Counted from the first letter of the stretch, positions 1-10,948 are shown. The stretch is 40,510 nucleotides of DNA from Octopus bimaculoides (GCF_001194135.2 NC_068989.1:50225012-50265521); one strand, 5' to 3'. Numbers and translations are program-made. Notes: a model not told the origin generated them from the letters alone.

Positions 1-84
1 TATATGTATGTATGTATGTGTGTGTGGGTGTGTATGTGTGTGTGTGTGTGTGTGCGTGTGTGTGGGTGTGTGTGTGTGTGTGTG
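1..84. repeat. (TG)n/(TATG)n microsatellite
   Basis: Directly visible simple repeat. Confidence 0.95.
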
Positions 85-1501
85 CCACATTGCTCAATGA
101 AAATTTATGTTTATGCTGGAAGTACTTATTTTCGAAACGGATTATATGTACTATCGCTTGAACGAGCAAAAGCAAGGTCCAGATCTGCAATCTCAGTTTA
201 TCCTCCATAAACTTAAACATATGCGCGCACATATATACAAACACAGACTCACGCATGCAACACGCAGACACATACACAAAAATACATTTGCATAAGCACA
301 CACGTATATGTACATATTTGAACTATTTTGTGCTTATAGTGTGCACATGCATCTGTGCTCCATCTGTGGTCCAACACACAAATAATTTCTATTGCTTGTT
401 GTGCCCCACTACTCCCTTTCATACGATCATGGATAAGATGAGGTCAGTTTGCAAACATTTATTTTCAGTACTAATAATTATACTTACCTAAACAACTGTT
501 CAACCAATATTTATCATGAAGAATTATAGTTGGGTATGACTTGAGGATGCTGAGATTTCAATTAACAAAATGGTCAGTTTATCTCTCAAGAAAACTAATG
601 GGAAAATTATTTGGCAACGCAGTAAATATATACATTATATAGATTCAACCTAATCAAGCAGTTCAAATCCTAAATTACTATATGTCTTCGGGCAGGATCG
701 ATTATTTGACACTTATTGATAAATGATGAATCATTTGCATTCGTTACTCAAAATCTGCAGAGAGAAAAATCACCAATATGTTTCAAACCTAGTGAATCGG
801 GAAAACACTTTATCAAGCGAAATGGAATCATGGTGGCGGAGGGCATACAGATTTTGATACGTGTGCTATAAAACAGAAGGAAAATATGAACACATGAACA
901 CGTTAAAGTGTTAACAGATTGTGAAATGGCATATACTTTATCCTTTTTTTGTCTTTTTTATCTAATTTACTTAATTGCTATGTTAAAAGCATATGTTTTA
1001 TCTGCGCATTCCAAAGCATCTCATTGTCACGCACGACAGGTTAACTAATAATAAAGCTTCAGAATTTCATGCACGCCATTAGGCATAAAAGACTAATGGA
1101 GTGGTTTATCGTCACTTTTATATAGACACAACGAATATTCTTCCATCCTAATCTAAAACCAGAAATGCACGTGTAGCCTACGTTTAAATATATATGCAAA
1201 TGCATTGTTACTCCAAATTCACTCAGAACATGACATGATCTGCTAGGTTTCAGAACATATATTTTAATGAATTCAATACAATAGAGGTATGGTAATTAAT
1301 TAGATGAATTAGCTTAGATTACAGTTAATACCCATCGTTTGTAATTTTCAGTGATAATGTGTAATACAATTGAAAATATAAGATGTTTTTTTATGGGACA
1401 GATATGAAAAACAAGAAATATGAATCATACGATGCGTTTTTTCTAGAACGTGAGGCACCATAAATTAATTATATATAAATAAAGATGTGTGTGTCTATAA
1501 C

Positions 1502-1564
1502 TTTTAGTTTCTATCTGCGGCCAAGCTAGGGCACTACCTTGAAGAAATTTTAGTCGAATGTATC
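1502..1564 (-). mobile_element. SINE type A 3' tail fragment abutting the truncated Helitron helicase
   Basis: ctgcggccaagctagggcactaccttgaagaaattttagtcgaatg matches the tails of the fuller copies at 3453-3520 and 21835-21895. Confidence 0.7.
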
Positions 1565-2428
1565 AGATAGGAACCTGTAACCGCTTAAATTGGAATGGGA
1601 TATTAGATGGTATAACTGGTATGCGAGGAATGAATACGGTTTCACCTTTACCACAACCAGTGCGAATATTTGCTTTAATGCAGTTCCTCTTATGTTTGTG
1701 CACAATTAATCTTGTACCATTGCATAATTTCGGTTGAGACGAATTACTCAGTAGCATAATAGGAGGCCGTTTTTTTCAGCTGAAGACAATGAAGCTGGTG
1801 GATCTAGTGAGTACAAAAATTTGATGGGGTAGTTAACACTATCCTGATCATCCATAACACTGTCAATTGAGTTATAAGTGAAAATTTCTCTCGTCAGTTT
1901 ATGCAATATTCTATTATTAATGATACAGCAACATTTTTTGGAGCTAGGATAGCTCGCTCACAGATCCAATCTGTATTGTTGCAATTATGAGCGAGATTCG
2001 AAAAGATCTTACCAGATCATAGACGGAATCAGCTGAATTACATTTTGGATTGAGTGTAAAAAATTATTCTTCATCAATTACAACTCACCCTTCACTGAGT
2101 TTCAGAAGCTTCTCTGCAAATAGTTCAGCTGATTGATGGCTTTAAAGCCTCAATTTCATATTTGTCGAAAACTGAAGTGTCTTTACATGGTGTCATTATA
2201 CAGAAGACTTTATTGAAGCATTGAACTCATCCACTTTTGTTCCTCTTGGAACAACTGGGACTGTTTGTCGGAAGTCTCATGACAATAAAACTGTGACATT
2301 TCCCATCAAGGAATCAAGATTTCTAATGTCTTATAATGTTCTGTCCACAGCTTCAAAAGCTTTTATGTGGGCCATGGTATATATTCATCCCAGGCAGTTA
2401 AGTGACCCCATTGTACTAGCCGAACTAT
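1563..2428 (-). pseudogene. Helitron PIF1-like helicase, Walker B to C-terminal part, with stops and frameshifts
   Basis: Minus-strand translations: RLVQWGHLTAWDEY / TMAHIKAFEAVDRTL*DIR / TVLLS*DFRQTVPVVPRGT / WICERAILAPKN / YNSIDSV..VNYPIKFLYSLDPP / MLLSNSSQPKLCNGTRL..GETVFIPRIPVIPSNIPFQFKRLQVPI. These match the canonical WDE..MAH, GDFRQ.LPV, ERAILAP and LCNGTRL..FKRLQFP motifs. Confidence 0.92.
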
Positions 2429-2444
2429 TCAATCATTCCCCCGA

Positions 2445-2705
2445 CAAAAATTGACAAAAATCTGTTAAAGTGTTATCCTTTGGATTTGGAACTCGATTTG
2501 CGGCTGTCTCAGATATGCAGTAAAACCTTTGACCATTTTCGAAATGCACTGAAATTTTTGATGAGTGCCTTTCGTGCATTGGGAATCGAAATATGCACCA
2601 GACGGCCTCATTACTATTTATATACCTCCCTAATCGGTATTGTTTAACTTGATAGGCCGTATCCCTAAGGAGAATTGAAATATTCAGTTTCGAATCTGAA
2701 CCAGG
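2445..2705 (-). pseudogene. Helitron Rep C-terminal/linker remnant
   Basis: QVKQYRLGRYINSNEAVWCIFRFPMHERH..SVHFENGQRFY..NPKDNTLTDFCQ matches the conserved Helitron GRYISSNEAVWRI..FPIHER..VHLENGQRVYF..TTLTAFF segment. Confidence 0.88.
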
Positions 2706-2810
2706 GGAGACTACCCCAACAGATTTGCTGTTTCTAATTTCATTTTGACAGACAAACAAACACACAGACAGAAATTCAATTACATATATATATATATATA
2801 TATATATATA

Positions 2811-3452
2811 NNNNNNNNNNNNNNNNNNNNNNNNNNNNNNNNNNNNNNNNNNNNNNNNNNNNNNNNNNNNNNNNNNNNNNNNNNNNNNNNNNNNNNNNNN
2901 NNNNNNNNNNNNNNNNNNNNNNNNNNNNNNNNNNNNNNNNNNNNNNNNNNNNNNNNNNNNNNNNNNNNNNNNNNNNNNNNNNNNNNNNNNNNNNNNNNNN
3001 NNNNNNNNNNNNNNNNNNNNNNNNNNNNNNNNNNNNNNNNNNNNNNNNNNNNNNNNNNNNNNNNNNNNNNNNNNNNNNNNNNNNNNNNNNNNNNNNNNNN
3101 NNNNNNNNNNNNNNNNNNNNNNNNNNNNNNNNNNNNNNNNNNNNNNNNNNNNNNNNNNNNNNNNNNNNNNNNNNNNNNNNNNNNNNNNNNNNNNNNNNNN
3201 NNNNNNNNNNNNNNNNNNNNNNNNNNNNNNNNNNNNNNNNNNNNNNNNNNNNNNNNNNNNNNNNNNNNNNNNNNNNNNNNNNNNNNNNNNNNNNNNNNNN
3301 NNNNNNNNNNNNNNNNNNNNNNNNNNNNNNNNNNNNNNNNNNNNNNNNNNNNNNNNNNNNNNNNNNNNNNNNNNNNNNNNNNNNNNNNNNNNNNNNNNNN
3401 NNNNNNNNNNNNNNNNNNNNNNNNNNNNNNNNNNNNNNNNNNNNNNNNNNNN
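2811..3452. other. Assembly gap (N). Other gaps: 9156-9165, 12551-13550, 16791-16800, 17467-17601, 23999-24048, 30635-30766, 31749-31775, 33349-34227, 35205-35725, 37722-38086, 39203-39888
   Basis: Runs of n in the sequence, most flanked by simple repeats. Confidence 1.
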
Positions 3453-3847
3453 TTTAATTGTTTCAGTCATTTGATTGCGGCCATGCTGGAGCACCACCTT
3501 TTGTCGAGCAAATCGACCCCAGGACTTATTTTTTGTAAGCCTAGTACTTATTCTATCGGTCTCTTTTGCCGAAGCGCTAAGTTACGAAGACGTAAACACA
3601 CAGGCATCGGTTGTCAAGCAGTGTTGGAGGGACAAACACAGACACACAAACATATGCACTCACATACATATATATATATATACATATATACGACGCACTT
3701 CTTTCAGTTTCCGTCTACCAAATCCACTTACAAGGCTTTGGTCGGCCCGAGGCTACAGTAGAAGACACTTGCCCAAGGTGCCACGTAATGGGACTCGACC
3801 CAGAACCATGTGGTTGGTAAGCAAGCTACTTACCACACAGCCACTCC
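3453..3847 (-). mobile_element. SINE type A, near full length (tRNA-like head, CORE-like block, central TA/TG microsatellite, stem-loop tail)
   Basis: The minus strand reads ggagtggctgtgtggtaag..ggttctgggtcgagtccc..caccttgggcaagtgtcttct..cagcatggccgcaatcaaatgactgaaacaa. It has A/B-box-like head motifs and homologous copies elsewhere in the window. Confidence 0.92.
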
Positions 3848-4269
3848 AAATTTAGTCTGGATTTGAAGAGACGCGTTTAGAATAAGCAACAGATTCTGCA
3901 TGTACTTTAAACTCTGCTACGACATTAATTGAAATAAAGAAAAGGAATTGATTATCGAGAATATATTTTTCACGAAGCGATCTTATTCTGAACTTGTTTA
4001 TTTGTCTTATAAGCAAAGATGTATAAGAGGTTAACGTAAATTGCTAGGAAATATGAATAGCTATTTAAAACTCAACATTGAAACCTTTATGACTGCTTCA
4101 AATCGTGCATTTAGCAATGGTACCAAATGTGAGAATAATTTATGTGATGAGAAAAGTATCTAAATATCCTAAGTGTAACCCAGAGTTACTCCTGGCATGA
4201 GCTATCAGTGCTAAGAATGCGCTTCAGTATCCCTGAGAATAAACTGGCATTACGAGTGCCAAAATACAC

Positions 4270-4990
4270 TGCGTTCTTTGTGAATACCAACATAGAATCA
4301 GCAACAACCAATGACTGGTTTAGAATAAATTTAAAGGTTCTCCGCATAGCAAAACTTAAATCTAAGCAGACATTAGAGAAAGAATGAGACCAGTGACATC
4401 TAATGTGAGTAGATATGCTCTTCAAGATTTATTTGCCGGTGAGGAAATCTACCATAGAATTCAAAAAGTCAAGTGATTGAGTGTTCCTAAGTAGTGTCAA
4501 CTGGTGAAGATACCTGAGTAGTATCAATTAATTTAAGTTGCGAGTGAGTAAAGAACGTGAGTGAAATGCTTAAGATATTGTTATAAATGAAGAATATAAA
4601 AGTCCAATTAACGAGAAGTAGAGAAGTCCTGAACCAGAAGATATTGGAGAAGATGAAATATTTAGTGAAAAATGAAACTATTCCTGTTTTAAAAGATAAG
4701 ACTGCAGAAGAGAAAGAAAGAAAATAGTGATGTATAAATTGAATGAATGGGATAAGTGAAAAAGAGAGAGGAGGCAAGATTATGATCACTCAGCTAAATC
4801 GAAAAGAAAAATGCACTCAGTCGTTGCATATAATATTGTAAGAGGAGAACGAAAATAGCAATTTTTGCTAACGGAAATCATGTGGACCAATGGAGCGTTG
4901 TAACTCAAGAAATTGTTGAATTAAATGAGCAGGAAGATATAGTTCTACTCACTGCTAAGTAGTAAGACAGGAAGGAGTTAAAATACTGAT
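4270..4990 (+). mobile_element. Very old RTE-like LINE ORF2 remnant
   Basis: Purine-rich plus strand with scattered peptides TTNDWFRI (cf. TTDWFQIGKGVRQG), *MNGISE (cf. WMDGI) and DRKE (cf. QDRKEW). It has many stops and no clear YADD motif. Confidence 0.35.
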
Positions 4991-5229
4991 GCTATGCATA
5001 AATAAATACAAAATATAAATTGAGATACACAGTTTATATAAATTGGGATACACAACCCTAAATTGTTTAAGGAACTATAGCAAGGTATGATTTATTTATT
5101 TCTGAAACACAAAAAGACAATAAGCAATTTATGAAGACATTTCTTGTTGAAATTAGATATAAGGAAGATTCAAGCAATTTGCAAGAAGAAAGATTCACCA
5201 ACAAGCATCCCTGAAGCCATATGGTTTGT

Positions 5230-5345
5230 AATATTATTTTCTACTCTAGGCACAAGGCCCGGAATTCTTGGGGAGGGGGTCAGTCGATTAGATTGACCCC
5301 AGTACGCTACTGGTACCTAATTTATCGACCCCGAAAGGATGAAAG
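5230..5345 (-). mobile_element. SINE type B 3' half
   Basis: Close reverse complement of 29101-29222 (cctttcggggtcgataaatta.gtaccagt.gcgtactggggtc.atctaatcgact). Confidence 0.9.
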
Positions 5346-5354
5346 TTAATAAGT

Positions 5355-5402
5355 TGATGTGGGATAGAGATTTAGCAGCTATTTCTAGCAGGTTTCTCAA
5401 CT
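5355..5402 (-). repeat. Fragment of a further dispersed repeat (gctagaaatagc.gctaaatctc); related copies at 19060-19097 and 19848-20012 on the plus strand
   Basis: Three partly alignable copies within the window. Confidence 0.5.
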
Positions 5403-5643
5403 ACGTATAGGCATTCGCAGTGACTCGTAATCTTTTACGCTTTTAAAAACCAACGAGAATTGTGTTGCTAAATGTAAATTACAGTTTAATGTTAGATTTC
5501 TACGAAAATAATTCCTGAAAAATGCAACAATATATAAAAATAATTGCCTGTCAATGCCTAGAAATGGAATATTTGCCGGTATATTGGATCAGCATCTAAC
5601 AAATCTAAATTGATGAATCGTTTACTCCTACTTCCTGGGCTAG

Positions 5644-5685
5644 ATATATATCCACTGTGCCAATATTATTTATTGATGCTTTAAG
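5644..5685 (+). other. Candidate 42-nt exon (one open frame: YISTVPILFIDAL)
   Basis: Pyrimidine tract plus ctag acceptor and a consensus AAG|GTAAGT donor. No homology recognised. Confidence 0.25.
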
Positions 5686-5774
5686 GTAAGTGGTTTCAGG
5701 CCATATTTTACAGAGAGAAAATCTCCTAAGAGTTGTTGGTTGCATTTTATTTCTTAAATTTGTTTTCATAACAG

Positions 5775-5812
5775 TCGAGCTACCAAATAAATTTTCTCCT
5801 TCAGTATTTGAG
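5775..5812 (+). other. Candidate 38-nt exon
   Basis: ttgttttcataacag acceptor and GAG|GTAAGT donor, separated from the previous candidate by an 89-nt GT-AG interval. Confidence 0.3.
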
Positions 5813-6144
5813 GTAAGTAATATTAAGAGATTAAGAGTAAATACTGCTACATCTCTAAAAAGATTTTCTTTATAACATTTCTCTGATATATAATTTGTGT
5901 CATAACATTTTCACTATTAGAAATGTGAATTCATGTAGAAAAAAATCAAAACGTTATTTTATTGTGATTCAATACTGGGTTGTATCAATTACATTTAGTT
6001 AGATTAATTGATTCCAAAAGAGAATTAACTGGTGTCCTTCACATGTCGCAGAAAAAAAAAAAACAGATGAAACAAAAAGCATTCATGTTAGCCTTTGTTA
6101 ATCCAGTTTGGACTGTTTGTGAAGGAAATTAGAGTGTTAGATAC

Positions 6145-6350
6145 AAGATCGTAATATTGTGGTTTCGATACCTGGATCGGGTGCCGTATTGTGTTTTTGA
6201 GCAAAACATTTTTTTTCAGCTTTTCCTAGGCCACTCAGCTGGCAAAACTGAATAATCATACAACAGACCAACAAACTGTCCATGTAGGCAGTATATACGC
6301 CACGGAAACCGGAAAACCGGCCCTATTACGTTCTTTTACTTGAGAAGGAT
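6145..6350 (+). mobile_element. Degenerate SINE type C head plus a distinct tail
   Basis: ggtttcgatacctgg..ttgtgtttttgagcaaaaca..ccactcagctggcaaaa aligns with the heads at 9410-9536 and 25320-25451. Confidence 0.6.
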
Positions 6351-6411
6351 CTTTATCATCTATGTAAGTATATATATGCATCAACATATATATATATATA
6401 GATAGATAGAT

Positions 6412-6773
6412 GCAGGTGAGGGTGTGTAGTAAGAAGTGTTCTTCCCACCGACATGTTCCTGGGTTCAGTTCCACTCTGTGGTAACTTGAATGAGTGACTT
6501 CTATAGCCCCGGCCGACGAAATCAAAGCCAATTGATGAATTTGGAAGACGGAAACTGAAAGAAACACGTGGTATGTGTGTGTGTGTGTGTGCTGTTCACC
6601 GCCATCCCTTGGCAACCAGTTTTGGCGTGTTTATGTTCCGAACGTAACGGTTCGGCACAAGAGACTGATAGAATAAGTACCAGACATAACGAAAATTAGT
6701 ATTACTGTCGATTCCTTAAAAAAAATGTGCAAGTAAGATTCTCGGCACGGCCGCAGTCTAATGAGAAGCAAGT
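6412..6773 (+). mobile_element. SINE type A, full length, diverged
   Basis: Colinear with the reverse complement of 3453-3847, including the central (TG)n and the cggccgcagtc tail. Confidence 0.88.
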
Positions 6774-6774
6774 G

Positions 6775-6893
6775 ATACACACACAGACACACACACGCAC
6801 ACACAGATAGATAGAAATAGATAGAGGGATAGAGATAGAGGAGGAGAGAGTGAGTGAATGAGAGAGAGAGAGAGAGAGACAGAGAGAGAGATA
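6775..6893. repeat. Compound (CA)n/(GATA)/(GA)n microsatellite
   Basis: Directly visible. Confidence 0.9.
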
Positions 6894-7084
6894 GTCGTTT
6901 AAAATGCCAGAGTCGCTTTCTGTATTAAAAGTGTACAGCTAATTGTAAGGTGCTTGCTAGGAGCGTGGGATAAAATAATAACACTTGAATTTCACCTACA
7001 AAAATATTCAATTATAAAGCCGAGGAACATATAATGCAAGTAGGTAAATCGACAGTTTCGATGGAGTCTCAAATATAATACCTC

Positions 7085-7176
7085 GCAATATTTATTCCAA
7101 TTATTTATATTCTGTGTTCAAAATAAATAGAGAACAACTTTTCTTTGATTTTCATCCTTTCTGGGTCGATAAAAAT
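7085..7176 (+). mobile_element. Degenerate SINE type B middle fragment
   Basis: tgttcaaat..ttttcatcctttctgggtcgataaaa matches 29101-29135. Confidence 0.6.
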
Positions 7177-7559
7177 CTACTAATCCAATTTAAGCATATC
7201 TGTGCCAGCGCTTCGGCTAGCACAGATATGAGTTAGCCATACATGAGTTACTTGGGTAGTAGATTTAATTTGTTCTGCCGCCCTGTTTAATGCCGCCACT
7301 CGAGACCTCGGTGACTTTAGCAGACTAGATTTCCTGTTTGAGGATGCCTCCCTCCTATATTTACCGCCCCCATTAATCAAGGAAATCCTGTAAAAGGGCA
7401 TGGGTACTGCCATCGCTCCTAATTAAAACAACCAAAAGTGATTATATTAGATAATGCTAGTTAAAGAAGATCGCACATAAAACACACGTGCACACACACG
7501 CAAACAGTCATACACGCACACACACACACACGCACACTCATCAAATGATCTGTTATAAC

Positions 7560-7684
7560 GGTTATAACGGTTTCAAATTTTGGCAGAAGGCTAGCAATTC
7601 GGAGGAAGGAGTAAGTTGATTATATCGACCCCAGTACTAAGCATTTTGCCCGGTGTGCTAACGATTGCGTCAGCTCTCCGCCTT
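7560..7684 (-). mobile_element. SINE type B with the head joined directly to the tail (internal deletion)
   Basis: Minus strand: ggcggagagctgacgcaatcgttagcacaccgggcaaaatgcttag|tactggggtcgatataatcaactta. The middle present at 5315-5345 and 29101-29140 is absent. Confidence 0.75.
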
Positions 7685-8116
7685 CTAAAGAGTTATAATA
7701 ACGAAACTACTTATAAAATCTGATAGGCACCGTTATTTTAACTCCCATCATGATAGTGGCTTTTTAAGTTGTGATAGCCGATAGATTGTTAATATTTAAT
7801 TTGCATAACTCTTGGTAGAATTTACAGAAATATTTTATAACCACTTCCAGACGCTTGTTAGCAATGATGTCATTATATTCATCCAATAGAAGACTAAATT
7901 TATCCTTGCTACCTTAGAAATGGTGTATGTCAAAATGTGGAGCACATTATTTGCAATATTCGCTCCCCCGAGCTTGTTGGCCTTGTACCAAAATCTGAAA
8001 CCAATGGCAACTGAGATTGCTTTAAATTGATTGGCTGTTTTATGCAATTTTGTTTGACAGGACCTTACTAACATACATTATAATTTATTATGATATTAAA
8101 ACTAAACAATATATAT

Positions 8117-8627
8117 GGCGCAAGTCCTAGTGGTTAGGGTGTTGCGCTTATGATCACTGGATCGTGATTTCAATCCCTAGACCAGGTGGTGCATTGTGCT
8201 CTTGAGCAAAACACTTCATCTCACTTTTCTTTGTGGTCACTTCGACACCTGACTCCTGGTACACCTTGCACCTGTTCAGGTAACGTCAATTTAATGGAGA
8301 GAGTCAGCTAATTTGCGCCACGAACATTTGATCACTATAAACAAATTAGTTTTGCAGGTTGTTCGGCAAAAGCCGAACGCTAATACGACGTTTTCTAAGA
8401 GAGAGTTCATCATATATATGTGCATGTCGATGTATGTGTGTCTTGTTGTCGGTGTTTGTTCGATCCCATCGCTTGAGAACCGGTATTGATGTGTTTTGTC
8501 CCCGCAAAAGTGACCGATATAATATGTACTAGGCTTTAAAAAATTCTGGGATCGATTTGTCCGACTAAAACCCTTCAAGGCGGTACCTCAGCATGGCCGC
8601 AGTCAAAAGACTGAAACAAGTAAGATA
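8117..8627 (+). mobile_element. Composite SINE: type C head, distinct middle, type A tail
   Basis: 8117-8240 matches the type C heads (tagtggttagggtg..ttgagcaaaacactt). 8440-8627 matches the type A tail (gtactaggct..gcatggccgcagtcaaaagactgaaacaag). Confidence 0.8.
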
Positions 8628-9002
8628 ATCATCTTTTGTCGCGGCTCCATTTCAAATATAGTCACGCATACACACAGACACAAGGATACACACAAACTAA
8701 GTGACAAAGAAAAAAGAGATGGGAAAGATAGAGTGAGGAAGAGGAACATTATTTAAATCTCACTGACGGTTTTCAATTAAAATATAAGCAATATAGTAGA
8801 AGTAATATTTATTATGTGTGTATATGGTTTCATATTCTCATAATATCTTAAGAGATGTGTGAAAACTTAACTGAAATTGTCTTAGGGGAAGGGAATTTTA
8901 AAATTAACATTAGATCTGGTTCAACACCCGAAATGGTTGGTTATCATTTAAAAGATGGCCAGGTCGTCACTACAGATGAACGGCCACGTGATGACAGTTA
9001 AT

Positions 9003-9107
9003 TATATACGTGTGTATATACATACATATGAGTGTGTGTCTGAGTGTGTGTCTGAGTGTGTGTCTTTGTGCGTACGTGCATATAAATATACATACATATA
9101 TATGTGT

Positions 9108-9155
<48 letters not shown>

Positions 9156-9218
9156 NNNNNNNNNNATATTAAGATATTGAGAGAGAGAGAGAGAAAGAAA
9201 GAGAAAGAGAGAGGAGAG
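9003..9218. repeat. Compound (TG)/(TA)n/(GA)n microsatellite spanning a 10-N gap
   Basis: Directly visible. Confidence 0.9.
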
Positions 9219-9220
9219 AC

Positions 9221-9536
9221 TGAAACTCCGTCGCTTACGACGACGGGGGTTCCAGTTGATCTGATCAACGGAACAGCTTACTCGTGAGATTATTGTGCAC
9301 ATGACTGAGCACTCCACAGCCACGCGTACTCCTTCACATACTTCTCACGGAGATACAACGTGACACAGAGTGTGACAAGGCTGGCCCCTTGAAATACAGG
9401 TACAAATCATTTTTATCAGCTGAGTGAATTCGAGCAACGTCAAAGAAAGTGTCTTGCTCAAGGACACAATTCGCCGCCGGGAATCGAACTCGTAACCCTA
9501 CGATCTTGAGCAAAATACTCTAAGCACAAAGCCACG
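9221..9536 (-). mobile_element. SINE type C, full length, tail variant 1
   Basis: tRNA-like head (gcttagag..gagttcgattcccgg), then gtgtccttgagcaagacacttt..cactcagctg. The 3' end has the hairpin ccgtcg-tcgtaag-cgacgg. Confidence 0.88.
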
Positions 9537-9564
9537 GAAAGTTCTTGGTTTTAAGGGTGTCGCG

Positions 9565-9741
9565 AAAGGCCTGGTTGGTGATCCAACCTTTCGGGTTATT
9601 TTGCAGGGCTTAGAAAAATTGGAGGACAGCTGTAAAAACTATGTGAATATGATAGGAGAATATGCTGGATAAATTCATAATTAACAAATCCTCCTGTATT
9701 TTCTTTTCCCCAAATGGCAAGAACTTTTCGACACCTACTCG
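9565..9741 (+). mobile_element. mariner 3' end (transposase C-terminus, 3' UTR, terminal repeat)
   Basis: AWL.IQP / LQGLEKLEDSCKNYVNMIGEYAG* resembles the mariner C-terminus (GLQKLE.R.KKC.EL.GEYVE*). Aligns with 10780-10948. Confidence 0.7.
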
Positions 9742-9745
9742 GACA

Positions 9746-10264
9746 CAGGGCAATTCAAAATGAATGGTACAATACTTTCCATTTGGTTGTTACACCAGTT
9801 GGAAGAAGAGGTACCAGACTTCATTATGCAGCAAGACGGGGACCCGCCACATTGGCATAGACACGTACGCGGTTACCTCAACCACCGTCTTACAGAACGT
9901 TGGATTTGCCGTACTGGGGTTAATGATTTGGCAGTAATTGTTTTCCCTGGCCTTAATGCTTTGCAAATTTTTCGTTTCTAAAAGACAATATGTTCACCAC
10001 TCCCACTTCAACAGGTCTTACAGGGGTTAAAACAGTAGATAGGAGACATGATCGACTCTGTTGATCATCCTATGCTGGTAAACACGTGGAAAGAACTAGT
10101 CTATCGTTAGACGTCTGCCTGTGTGGCAAAGGATGCCCTCATTGATTATCTGTGACTATTAGTAGAAACTTGAAGAGTTAACCTTTCATGTTATTTTTTC
10201 AATGTATTTCATTACAACACTCACGTGTATATTTACTTTTTTCCATTCATTTTGAAGTACCCTG
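9746..10264 (+). mobile_element. 519-bp non-autonomous Tc1/mariner-superfamily element with both TIRs and a DDD-domain C-terminal remnant
   Basis: 22-bp TIRs cagggcaattcaaaatgaatgg (9746-9767) and ccattcattttgaagtaccctg (10243-10264) match at 20/22, with TA at the right end. Peptide MQQDGDPPHWHRHVRGYLNHRLTERWICRTG matches the QQDGAPPH..RWIGR motif. Confidence 0.88.
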
Positions 10265-10779
10265 TACATATGTGTGTGTATATGCGTGCTCACATGTGTA
10301 TTGACGGAGTGGGAAATGAGACAGTGTGAATAGAGTACTCAATACAAAGCAATTGCAGAATAAAATTGCATTTATTTGATAGAATAGATATTACAAGTTG
10401 ATCATATTGTCAATTTATAGTCAATGTTTTTGCCTGAAGGAAAGGTGAAGTGTAAACAAAATGAATGTGATAATAGACATACTCACAAGAAAAAAAAAAC
10501 TAGTCCAAAATATAGACAGCATTGACAGAGTTAGAAACGATAACAAAGTTACAAATTTGAGAATTCGTTATTTAGGAGACACAAAGTTTTATGAATAGAA
10601 ACACGCACGCACAGACACAGAAGCACATACAAAGACAAGCACACCCAATATCTACGGTAAGTAAATTAATTTTCTAACACACCACTGATAGATCGAGTTA
10701 TGAATAGAATATATATGCAATAGCTAATCCATAGCCATTAGTTTGACAAAAAAGTGGGTTCTGAAATGTTACTAGTTTT

Positions 10780-10948
10780 AAGGCCTAGATAGAAGCCCAA
10801 CTTTCCAAGTTCTTTTACAGGGCTTACAAAAACGGAAGGACCTCTACAAAAAGTGTGTGAGAGAGGAATAATTTTAATAAAATCATAATCAACTGATCCA
10901 CCTGCATTTTCCTTTACCCAAATCGAGGAACCTTTCAGCAACCTCTCG
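10780..10948 (+). mobile_element. Second mariner 3' end, same family as 9565-9741
   Basis: LQGLQKRKDLYKKCV, then ..ggaacctttcagcaacctctcg followed by TA expanded into (TA)n. Confidence 0.72.

Larger units (their letters stand above)
1563..2810 (-). mobile_element. Internally deleted, decayed Helitron (non-autonomous)
   Basis: The minus strand carries Rep C-terminal/linker peptides and PIF1-helicase peptides typical of Helitron RepHel (see sub-features). A (TA)n plus GTCT/GTTT-rich segment at 2745-2810 resembles Helitron 5' ends. Confidence 0.9.

Noticed and set aside
7187-7199. aatttaagcatat and taattaaaacaa (7421-7432) match short 28S rRNA words
   Set aside because: Only 12-13 AT-rich bases match, and the surrounding sequence shows no rRNA similarity.
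7180-7413. 77-aa minus-strand ORF MAVPMPFYRIS..
   Set aside because: No recognisable domain or splice support; the region is reported as a non-coding candidate instead.
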